A DNA stretch of 63,455 bases, the filler included. It is 5 parts of 5 records of this genome, joined end to end, with 100 filler letters (N's around TTAATTAATTAA, not from the genome) between each part and the next. Parts side by side here need not be neighbours in the genome. Positions count along the whole stretch, not along the records: positions 50,236 to 57,538 come from SRR20825006_2787; positions 57,639 to 63,455 come from SRR20825006_2799; 3 more parts are not named here. The stretch is one strand, 5' to 3'. Below the pieces are notes generated by a model. That model was given only the letters and a program-made list of their open reading frames with translations, had not been told where the DNA came from and did not search any database. Positions 50,238 to 57,898 of this stretch are shown one piece after another. Position 1 is the first letter of the stretch. The number at the start of each line of letters is the position of its first letter. The position numbers and the translations under genes were made by a program.

Positions 50238-50774
50238 GGCATCAACCTGCTGCGCGAGGGGCTCGACATTCCCGAATGCGGCTTTGTCGGCATCCTCGAT
50301 GCGGACAAGGAGGGCTTTCTCCGTTCAGAGACGAGTCTGGTCCAGACCATCGGCCGCGCCGCGCGCAATGCCGATGCCCGCGTCGTGCTCTATGCCGACC
50401 GGATCACCGGCTCGATGGAACGCGCCATGGAAGAGACCAGCCGCCGCCGCGAGAAACAGGTCGCCTATAATACCGAACACGGCATCACGCCGACCACGAT
50501 CAAGCGCGCCGTCGCCGACATTCTTGGCGAACTCGGCGAAAAGCCCGGCAGCGCCCCGAAAGCGCGCGGCCGCGGCAAGGACAAAACCAAGTCACGCGGC
50601 ACCGCCGAAACAAAAGCCTTGCCACTTGCCGGAGAAACAGGCCACAACCTCAAAGCCGTCCTCGCGGACCTGGAAAAACAAATGCGCGAAGCCGCCGCGA
50701 ACCTCGAGTTCGAAGAAGCTGCGCGCCTCCGGGACGAGGTGAAGCGGCTGAGGGAAGAGGAGTTGGGATTGTGA
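50238..50774 (+). CDS. uvrB: Excinuclease ABC subunit B, C-terminal part (5'-truncated)
   Basis: [39 protein letters not shown]...LYAD...[17 protein letters not shown], with the C-terminal UVR domain [11 protein letters not shown]. Confidence 0.96.
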   Translation, partial: GINLLREGLDIPECGFVGILDADKEGFLRSETSLVQTIGRAARNADARVVLYADRITGSMERAMEETSRRREKQVAYNTEHGITPTTIKRAVADILGELGEKPGSAPKARGRGKDKTKSRGTAETKALPLAGETGHNLKAVLADLEKQMREAAANLEFEEAARLRDEVKRLREEELGL

Positions 50775-51040
50775 ACCGTGAAGCGATAGATTTACTCGTT
50801 GCTCAACTGATCCAAGAAATAGATGACTCTGCAGGCAATAGAGGACTAAAACTCGGAACAGATTTGTATTCCGAATGTGAAAGTCTCGAACTAATTACAA
50901 TTGAACCTTTTACGATTTCTGAATTACCACATCCAATCCAACATCTTCCTGCGATATGCAAAAAGCTAGCAGTTTATCGAGATGACGAACTACAACCTTG
51001 GGATTATGTATTTGGCACTCAGCCGGACGATTTATCCTAG
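50771..51040 (+). CDS. Hypothetical protein (89 aa), AT-rich
   Basis: The GTG overlaps the uvrB TGA and is preceded by GAGGAG. No family recognised. Confidence 0.5.
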   Translation: MNREAIDLLVAQLIQEIDDSAGNRGLKLGTDLYSECESLELITIEPFTISELPHPIQHLPAICKKLAVYRDDELQPWDYVFGTQPDDLS

Positions 51041-51082
51041 TTTCTCGAACCGCATTAATTGGACTGAGTAGGGATTGATAAT

Positions 51083-51955
51083 TTGGATAGGGATGTTCGA
51101 GCGAAATTCTATCGGGTATCCGATAGAGATGAAGGCGGCTTAAGCTTCGACGAGCAGATTGCCGATTTTATTCATCGCTATCCGCGAGCTCTGGAAAGAG
51201 AGTATACAACGGGGTCTAACCATTTGGTTAGACTTGAAACAGTCGAAGATGATGGCGATTGGATCTCAGGAAATTTTTGTCGAATTCAAACCGAAAATAT
51301 TCCGCCAGAAGTCACTGACGATGGCCTCGAAGCTGTTCGACTGGCTAATGGCCGAGGTTTGGGTCACCAAAATGCATTTCTGTTTCATCGCCCGACTCGC
51401 GTGATACTGTGGCAACAAAATCGACTGGGTGTTTCGTTTCAAGATTTGCTGCATTACCTAAACAGGGATGTGGACTTCGTTAGCTTTTTCATCTTCGAGC
51501 CCGTAGGTTCTGAAGAAGCATGGGATCATTTCGCTAACAACAATGTGAAGAAAGCAGTAATTAAGTTTGCTGGCGAACGACCTATTGATTGTGATGCGGA
51601 TGAAATTGTTCCAACTGTAGTACAAGCCAGGGATATAGCAGAACGCTATGCAGGCCTTGAAGTTGAAGTTACCATTTCCGTGGGTAGAAGCAGACAACAC
51701 TTTTTGAACAAGCACCGACTTGGTGACACAATTCGGAGGCTTGGCCTGAGAGACGATGTACAAAAACTGAAAGTGACCACTGACGGTGACTTGAATGAGA
51801 AGGTGTTAGACTTTATAGAGGAACATATGGAGAACGTCCAGACTTTGGATTTGCCCTCTGACAACCCGGTTGAAAACTATGCCGTTCGGCGTCAGTTTTT
51901 GCGTCATTCTTTTGAAAGTCGGCTCACTGACTTGGTGAGACGCTATGCACAATGA
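51083..51955 (+). CDS. DUF6731-like hypothetical protein
   Basis: 290-aa soluble ORF with TTG start. The pattern VRLE...GNFCRIQ..NIP...GLG...AFLF.....ILWQQN..GVS resembles DUF6731 proteins (recalled, not searched). Confidence 0.65.
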   Translation: MDRDVRAKFYRVSDRDEGGLSFDEQIADFIHRYPRALEREYTTGSNHLVRLETVEDDGDWISGNFCRIQTENIPPEVTDDGLEAVRLANGRGLGHQNAFLFHRPTRVILWQQNRLGVSFQDLLHYLNRDVDFVSFFIFEPVGSEEAWDHFANNNVKKAVIKFAGERPIDCDADEIVPTVVQARDIAERYAGLEVEVTISVGRSRQHFLNKHRLGDTIRRLGLRDDVQKLKVTTDGDLNEKVLDFIEEHMENVQTLDLPSDNPVENYAVRRQFLRHSFESRLTDLVRRYAQ

Positions 51956-52437
51956 TCACAAAACGCCTTTTATATCGCATATGGACTTATCTCGAGCACC
52001 ATAACGCGGCCATTTGGTTTGTGGTGGGATTTATCACCGCGTTCTTGGGGCACGGTGTGTGGTTCGAATGGGCTCACCAATACAGCTGGGACCGTCAAAC
52101 GCTGTTCTCTGCTGCATTTGACTTCGGTGGCATATATACCGCTTTTCTATTCGCATTTTATACCTATTCAATAAGCAGTGGCAGCGAATTCTTTCAACAA
52201 GCTCGAAGCACAAAAGCCTTCAAAAATACCATTACTTATGTGAAGCGCGCGATTGTGTTGGGCTTTCTCATGACACTGACTTCTGTACCTATGATGATTT
52301 GGAATCCCAACCTTTATCTAGAGTTTCAGCTTTCCAATTGGGCCTTTTGCTTTTGGGCCGCGATAGTGTTTGGTGCTACTGCCGCTTTCTGGAGAGCGAC
52401 GCGCCTGTTTTGGATATTTGCCCGGAACGCCGAATAG
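51952..52437 (+). CDS. Small membrane protein with about four TM helices, coupled to the DUF6731-like gene
   Basis: ATGA overlap with the upstream stop and four hydrophobic segments. Confidence 0.75.
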   Translation: MITKRLLYRIWTYLEHHNAAIWFVVGFITAFLGHGVWFEWAHQYSWDRQTLFSAAFDFGGIYTAFLFAFYTYSISSGSEFFQQARSTKAFKNTITYVKRAIVLGFLMTLTSVPMMIWNPNLYLEFQLSNWAFCFWAAIVFGATAAFWRATRLFWIFARNAE

Positions 52438-52464
52438 CAAAGATTTGCTACACTTCGCGATGCC

Positions 52465-52882
52465 GTAGGGCGGGTCATGACCCGCCCTACCTTCTCTTCT
52501 TGTCATCCCGGAAAGCGCTGCGCTTATCCGGGACCCAGCCGTGCAGTCCGCCTGCCACCCATTCATCCTTCGACCCCGGCCTTCACCGGGGCAGGCCCCG
52601 TTCAGGATGAGTCCGCCTCTTGCGGCCCCTGCGATGCGCTCATGCTGAGCGAAGTCGAAGCACGGGCGCGGGCTCCGCGCTCTAGCGGCGGGAGACCCCG
52701 GCGTCCGCCGGGGATACGGGGTGTGAGGAAAGAGGTACGTGCTTCCCTTCTGGCGTCATCCCCGACGCGAAGCGTCTGGGGACCCATCTCTGAACGGCGT
52801 GGCGGGAGCGTCATGGAAAGATGTGCGCATGAGGCACCTGCGGAAGATGGGCCCCCAGATGGCTGCGCCATCGGGGATGACG
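52465..52882. repeat. Cluster of several different REP-like palindromic elements
   Basis: GTAGGGCGGGTCA/TGACCCGCCCTAC (52465-52490); GTCATCCCGG..CCGGGACC (52502-52536); TCATCCTTCGA..TCAGGATGA with partner GCTCATGCTGAGCGAAGTCGAAGCA (52563-52662); CGTCATCCCCGA..TCGGGGATGACG (52754-52882). Confidence 0.75.
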
Positions 52883-52971
52883 ACGTAATGGCGTGCGGGA
52901 AGATACAGCCCGGCGCTTGCGCTTGGGCCTGCTCCGGGCAATCGCAATGCGATTGCTAATCCTCCGCAGCC

Positions 52972-53865
52972 CTACACCTCCCCATAATACCCATACCCGT
53001 TCGCGTGGCACCATTCGATCAACTTCGGGAGGGCCGCTTCTTCTGCCTTGAGGAAGCCGCCGACCTTTTCGGCGAGGGCATGATGGCCCTGCAGGGTCAG
53101 CGTGGTGATTGCCTGGCGCAGCAGCGGATGGAAATTGCGGAACCAGCCCATTGCCGCGAGCTGGAGGAGGAGTTCCGTCAGCTCCTGATCACTGCCCTCA
53201 TCGTCCGGATCCACCGCCAGGACCACTTCGCGCGCCATGGCCAGCCGTTTCTGGAACGTGGCCGAGACGACCCAGGGCAGATGGTCTGGCGGCGTGTCCC
53301 CCTCCTCCCAACAGGCGCAAACCTGTAGCGCGGCGCGGTAGAGCGCGGCATTCATCTGCGCCTGTCGCATCTGCTGGGTGGCGGCCTCGGTTGCGGCGCG
53401 GACCGGGGCGGCAAAGCTCTGCAAACTGGTCAGGCGGCGGGCCGCGCGCATGTCCTGCTCCGCCTCCGGAATATATCCCGCCTCCAGCAGCGCGCCGACC
53501 CGGGCGCGGGCCAGCGTGATTTCCTCATCGGTCTGGCTGCGCGGCGTGAACGGCTCATCGCTCTCTTCCTCGTCTTCCTCGTCACGCAAGATGGTGCGCC
53601 GCGCGGCCAGTTCCGCCTGCTGCCGAATATGGTCGGCCTCGTCCTGTGCCTTGGCGGCGGCGGCCTGACGGGCGGCAATGTCCTTGTGGCGAAAGCCATC
53701 TTCGCGCGCCCATTTGGTCAGCGTTGACCAGGGCAGGTCCAGACGGCGGGCGATTTCCCGCATCGGCTCGCCTGCCTCTGCGGCCTCGCGGGCCAGATGG
53801 CGCAGGGCGGTCAGGCTCGCCGTTGTGCGGCGTTGGCGTTTGGCGGGGCTGGGCGCATCACTCAT
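52972..53865 (-). CDS. Hypothetical protein with an N-terminal helix-turn-helix
   Basis: AGEPMREIARRLDLPWSTLTKWAREDGF is an HTH of the kind seen in terminase small subunits and transposases. It is followed by a coiled-coil, an acidic stretch and a helical C-terminus. Confidence 0.7.
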   Translation of the reverse strand: MSDAPSPAKRQRRTTASLTALRHLAREAAEAGEPMREIARRLDLPWSTLTKWAREDGFRHKDIAARQAAAAKAQDEADHIRQQAELAARRTILRDEEDEEESDEPFTPRSQTDEEITLARARVGALLEAGYIPEAEQDMRAARRLTSLQSFAAPVRAATEAATQQMRQAQMNAALYRAALQVCACWEEGDTPPDHLPWVVSATFQKRLAMAREVVLAVDPDDEGSDQELTELLLQLAAMGWFRNFHPLLRQAITTLTLQGHHALAEKVGGFLKAEEAALPKLIEWCHANGYGYYGEV

Positions 53866-54019
53866 GCCGGGCAGAGTGTCACGGGCGCGGCCCCATCGGA
53901 TTGCGCCGGCGGCAAGGCCCGGCGCGGCGGGCGATCCCGCCCCCAGAGGCAGGGGATAGTGGCGCGCCCCTCCCCCATTGCCCGGCACTGGCCCGGACTT
54001 ACGGACCAGGTCGGTACCA

Positions 54020-54050
54020 TTTATGGACAGTTTATGGGCTCTTTATGGGC
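54020..54050. promoter_or_regulatory. Three direct repeats with 11-bp period
   Basis: TTTATGGAC (54020), TTTATGGGC (54031), TTTATGGGC (54042). Confidence 0.55.
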
Positions 54051-54076
54051 CAGATTCGGGGCCCGAACGGCGCGCC

Positions 54077-55438
54077 TTATCCCCCGGTTACCGCGCCCGC
54101 TATCAGATACAGGATCACCGCAATTCCGCCCGTCACCAGCGCATAGGGCATCTGGGTGCGGACATGGTCGATATGGTCACAGCCCGCCGCCAGAGAGGCG
54201 ATGATCGTCGTGTCGGAAATCGGCGAGCAATGGTCGCCAAACACGCCGCCACCCAGCACCGCCGCCAGCACCAGCGAGGGCGGCAGGCCCAGCGCCGCCG
54301 CCAGCGGCATGGCGATGGGGATCATGATGCCATATGTGCCCCAGCTCGTGCCGGTCATGAAGGCGGTGACGCCCGCCACGACGAACAGAACCGCCGGCAC
54401 GATGATGGGCGAGACAAATTGCGCCGCGACGCCTGAAAGGAACGCCCCCGTGCCGAGCACGCGCAGGCTGTCGCCCAGCGCAATCGACAGGAACAGGATC
54501 GTCACCACGGGCACCATTTCGGCAATGCCGGCAAAGCCCCGTTCCTGTAGTCCGCCCTTGGGAAAGGCCTTGCCCAGCGCCAGCAGGATTGCCGCGACCA
54601 GCATGGCCAGGCAGATCGCCCACAGGATCGACTGGCTGCCGCTGCCGGCCAATATGTTGCCGCCGCCCGTCCAGGCCATGAAACCCAGCGCGCCGAGGAT
54701 CATCACGGCCAGCGGCAGCCACATGTAGATCGCGCGGGTCGGGGCGATGGGTTCCTCGTCTTCGGCCAGCACGCTGCGGCCCTGCCCGGCGGTCTTCATC
54801 GGGCCGAAGACGCGGCCTGTGAAGACGGTGAAATAGACGCCCCCCAGCGTCAGCAGGGCATAGAAATTCCACGGGATCGTGCCCGCCACGACACCGATCG
54901 GGCTCTCGAAGCCGAACGGCTCGACCAGGCCCAGCGCATAGGCGCCCCAGCCATTCAGCAGGATCAGTGTGCTCACCGGCGCCGACGTGGAGTCGATGAT
55001 ATAGGCCAGCCGCTCCCGGCTCAGCCCATGCGCGTCGAACAGGCGCTGGCCCAATACCCCACTGCTGAGCAAGCTGACATTGGTCTCCACAAATATAACC
55101 GTCCCCGCCAAAGCCGGCGCGAGGGCCGCGCGGCGCGGGGTCGAGGCGAGGCCGCGCTTCATCAGGCCACTGACCAGCGCCTCGACGCCGCCGGAATCGC
55201 GCATCCATGCGATCAGCGCGCCGATCAGCAGGCAAAACAGCAGGACGCGCGTATTGCCCGTGCTCTCGAACACGCCGACCGCACGGTCGATCGCGCCCAG
55301 TGCGCCCATGCCGGGATGGAAGCTGGCGATCAGCGTCTCCGAAGCCAGCAAGGCGAGCCCCAGCGCAGCATAGACATTGCGCGTCACCAGCGCGACGAGG
55401 ATCGCCAATACCGGCGGCAGTACAGTCAGGATTTCCAG
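54077..55438 (-). CDS. Na+/H+ antiporter NhaC family protein (probable CTG start)
   Basis: SRERLAYIIDSTSAP, TGTSWGT, GGVFGDHCSPISDTTI, HIDHVRTQMPYA. AAGGAGG lies 7 nt before an in-frame CTG at 55438. Confidence 0.9.
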   Translation of the reverse strand: MEILTVLPPVLAILVALVTRNVYAALGLALLASETLIASFHPGMGALGAIDRAVGVFESTGNTRVLLFCLLIGALIAWMRDSGGVEALVSGLMKRGLASTPRRAALAPALAGTVIFVETNVSLLSSGVLGQRLFDAHGLSRERLAYIIDSTSAPVSTLILLNGWGAYALGLVEPFGFESPIGVVAGTIPWNFYALLTLGGVYFTVFTGRVFGPMKTAGQGRSVLAEDEEPIAPTRAIYMWLPLAVMILGALGFMAWTGGGNILAGSGSQSILWAICLAMLVAAILLALGKAFPKGGLQERGFAGIAEMVPVVTILFLSIALGDSLRVLGTGAFLSGVAAQFVSPIIVPAVLFVVAGVTAFMTGTSWGTYGIMIPIAMPLAAALGLPPSLVLAAVLGGGVFGDHCSPISDTTIIASLAAGCDHIDHVRTQMPYALVTGGIAVILYLIAGAVTGG

Positions 55439-55549
55439 GGCCCAGCCTCCTTGTGTGCAAGCCCCTCACCTAAGCGCATTCGCCGCCCGATGCCCAGCGC
55501 CCTGCGTGCATCGAGAGGTGCAAGCCGGGATGTGACGCAGAAATGCGCG

Positions 55550-55625
55550 GATTCAGGCCGCCATCACAAAACTGTGAAATTCTCCTCAGAAGGGACTCGA
55601 CTCATGCCCGTTTTTGGGGAATCAT
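55550..55625 (+). promoter_or_regulatory. Putative promoter of the structured RNA, with clustered GANTC sites
   Basis: GANTC at 55550, 55594, 55599 and 55619, dyad TCACA-AAAC-TGTGA (55564-55577), and TCGACT-N17-AATCAT as a possible -35/-10. Confidence 0.45.
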
Positions 55626-56147
55626 TTCGGTAAGCCAACGACATCCAGGCGGGAGCAGACCCGCTTCAGGAACGGTGGCAAGTACGTCGCCCTCGCAGGA
55701 AGGGCCAGGCCAGAAGCAAGGTTGTGAGAGCAGCGGCGCAAAGGGTTTGGAAGGACCGCGAGACAAAGCAGGCGATGTCTTCGACAGGGGAGCTAGACCC
55801 CGGAGCGAAGGGCTGTGAGGCGTGACCGGAGCGCGATCCGAAACACGTGACCAAAGGAAAATCCCTTGGGATTACCGGCGGTTAGGTCAGGACAGCACGT
55901 AATTCGCCCGTGCGATTACATGTCTGAAACTGATCCGGGAGACGGCCTTGGGCGCATGCCCGCTCGCAAGAATGTGGCGGCGACCAGACCGGATCCTGAC
56001 AAAGGGCAAAAGAAAAGGCCCGCTTCCGCGAGCCTGATCTGGAACCCGGTGTCCATCGAGGACCGACAACGAGTGCATGCACAGTGTCTCGGTAGTCTGA
56101 TTCGAAACACCAGAGAAGGTGTGATCGTCCGCGATCACACCTTTTTT
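55625..56147 (+). ncRNA. Large structured non-coding RNA candidate (~500 nt), possibly ROOL-like
   Basis: No credible ORF. More than 12 hairpins plus nested long-range helices (55710-23/56031-42, 55886-90/55996-56000, 55932-38/55989-95), 5'/3' end pairing, purine-rich single-stranded linkers and an intrinsic terminator. Confidence 0.75.
56116..56147 (+). terminator. Rho-independent terminator ending the RNA candidate
   Basis: AAGGTGTGATCG-TCCG-CGATCACACCTT followed by TTTT. There is no plus-strand CDS upstream that it could terminate. Confidence 0.88.
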
Positions 56148-56281
56148 GCGCCCGGTGAAATTCAATTTTCGCGCCTCAGGCGAACTCGCGCACAGTCATG
56201 CCCGCAACCTCCCCTGCCCTTCACGCGTAACTTCAGCGAACCCACCCAGAAACCCCGCTATACCCGAAAGGCCCCTTCACC

Positions 56282-57256
56282 ATGCTCGCCCTGATCGAAC
56301 CCGTCTTCGGCCTGATCGGCGCATGGGGTCTGTTCGCCGCCATCGCGCCGAAGTTGCGCACGGAAATCTGGTGGATGCGTGTCTGGGTCTATGGTCGTCT
56401 TCAAACCTGCCTTGTTCTTCTCGCTGCAGCTGCCCTCTACAACTCACTCTACCCTGCCGCCGAACTCGGCAATGCCAGCCTGCTGATGGCCTATGCCGTC
56501 GCCTTCCTCATCTGCGCCGCAGACATTCAGCCTTACCTACCGGGCCGCAAACGCGAACTGCGCCGCGCGAAAGCAGGTGCCAACGGTACGCCGCTCTCAA
56601 TTCTGCTGATAAATGTGCTGCAGGAGAATGAGGACCACACCGCCGTCATTTCCCGCATTCGCGACAGCCATGCCGATGTCCTCTTCCTGTCAGAAACCAA
56701 TGCGCGCTGGCGCGATGCATTGTCCGACCTCGAAAAGGACTATCCCCACACCTACCTTTTGGACAAGGAAGATCATAACGGCCTTCTGTTCTATTCACGC
56801 TACCCGATCAATCAGGCCCAGGAACGCTATTTCTGTCAGGATCACGTGCCGTCACTCACGATGGACATCGACATGGCTGGTAGTGAGGTGCGTCTTTATT
56901 GCATCCACCCACGCCCGCCACGCCCCCGCGACGACACACAGCATCTTGATGACGAGTTGATGATCGTCGCCGATGAATTGCGCGAGCAGGAGCGTCCTGC
57001 TCTGGTGATCGGCGATTTCAACGAAGTCGGCTGGTCCTGGATGGTGCGGGAGTTCAAGCAACATGCCGGCCTTTGCGATCCCAAGCGTGGACGTGGTCTC
57101 TACAATTCCTATGGCGCGAAAAACCCTTTCCTGGCTTGGCCGCTGGACCACGCCTTTGTGACACGGGATTTCGACCTCGTGACCATCCGGCGCCTTCGCC
57201 CATGCGGATCAGATCACTATCCAATGCTTTATGGTTTTCAACTGCGGTCGGTTTGA
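56282..57256 (+). CDS. Endonuclease/exonuclease/phosphatase (EEP, YafD-like) family membrane-anchored protein
   Basis: N-terminal TM helices, INVLQEN, LSE, IHPRPP, IGDFNE, PLDH, GSDHYP. Confidence 0.88.
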   Translation: MLALIEPVFGLIGAWGLFAAIAPKLRTEIWWMRVWVYGRLQTCLVLLAAAALYNSLYPAAELGNASLLMAYAVAFLICAADIQPYLPGRKRELRRAKAGANGTPLSILLINVLQENEDHTAVISRIRDSHADVLFLSETNARWRDALSDLEKDYPHTYLLDKEDHNGLLFYSRYPINQAQERYFCQDHVPSLTMDIDMAGSEVRLYCIHPRPPRPRDDTQHLDDELMIVADELREQERPALVIGDFNEVGWSWMVREFKQHAGLCDPKRGRGLYNSYGAKNPFLAWPLDHAFVTRDFDLVTIRRLRPCGSDHYPMLYGFQLRSV

Positions 57257-57307
57257 TTGGCATCCCTCTGATTACTGTGTAGGTTCTGCTTAACCATAAA
57301 CAGGGGG

Positions 57308-57538
57308 ATGGTGATGCGGCCAGTTACACTCACTATCAGCTTGATGGTCTTGGCGACCATCCTCGTCGGGTGCGAGACCTCGGAGACCGCCCAACGCGCG
57401 CCCGCCTCAGTTGAAGTCGTCACGCCCGGCCCCGGTCCATCAGAGCGGCAGGAGATGCCCACAGCGGCCCCTTACCGTCCGGAGCAAAAACCTCCTCGCC
57501 CCACCGCACCGCCACCTCCGCCACCTCCGCCACCTCCG
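57308..57538 (+). CDS. Putative lipoprotein with poly-proline linker (3'-truncated)
   Basis: Lipobox-like ILVGC, and a CCGCCACCT 9-mer repeat encoding poly-Pro at the contig end. Confidence 0.6.
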
Positions 57539-57638
57539 NNNNNNNNNNNNNNNNNNNNNNNNNNNNNNNNNNNNNNNNNNNNTTAATTAATTAANNNNNN
57601 NNNNNNNNNNNNNNNNNNNNNNNNNNNNNNNNNNNNNN
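57539..57638. other. Artificial contig-joining linker
   Basis: N44-TTAATTAATTAA-N44. Confidence 0.98.
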
Positions 57639-57898
57639 GGCCCCATGGTGAGATTGACCTTGGCATTCATGTCCGGTCCAAGTCCCTTCGGTCCAAATTT
57701 ATTGTCTCGATGCAGCCATTTTATGCGCCACGGATAAGAGTGCCGCCGCAAAACGGGCATGACTGAAAGTGGCAATATCATACCCGCACGTGAACGGATC
57801 TCCGTTTCTTGCGTGGCTTGTCCTTCATGCCGATTCAACGATTGAGCGCAGCTCCGCCTCTCTCTAGGGTGAGCGGCAAAATCAAGGGAGAAAACACC

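Noticed and set aside
52465-52882. Possible CRISPR array or integron attC cassette array
   Set aside because: There are no identical, regularly spaced repeats, and no cas or intI gene. The elements are heterogeneous REP-like palindromes.
55625-56147. Identification as RNase P RNA, tmRNA, SRP RNA, 6S RNA or a riboswitch leader for the EEP gene
   Set aside because: The hallmark sequences (GAGGAAAGUCC, tRNA-like ends, the SRP domain IV motif, B12/TPP/glycine cores) were not found, and it is far longer than typical riboswitches. A cis-regulatory role cannot be fully excluded.
55543-56294. Short ORFs (91, 62, 142, 66, 92 and 64 aa) across the nhaC-EEP gap
   Set aside because: No RBS, atypical composition and mutual overlap. 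One runs through a strong terminator. A structured RNA explains the region better.
57290-57297. TTAACCAT, a CtrA half-site-like motif upstream of the lipoprotein gene
   Set aside because: A single 8-mer with no second half-site is not enough evidence.
11622-57638. Four identical TTAATTAATTAA motifs within N runs, as a possible repeat array or biological junction
   Set aside because: Artificial scaffold linkers. Genes are cut at each one and composition changes, so gene clusters spanning blocks are not real.
57639-57670. Minus-strand gene start MNAKVNLTMG(P), reminiscent of UbiV/U32 N-termini
   Set aside because: Only about 10 codons are visible before the linker, too little to call.
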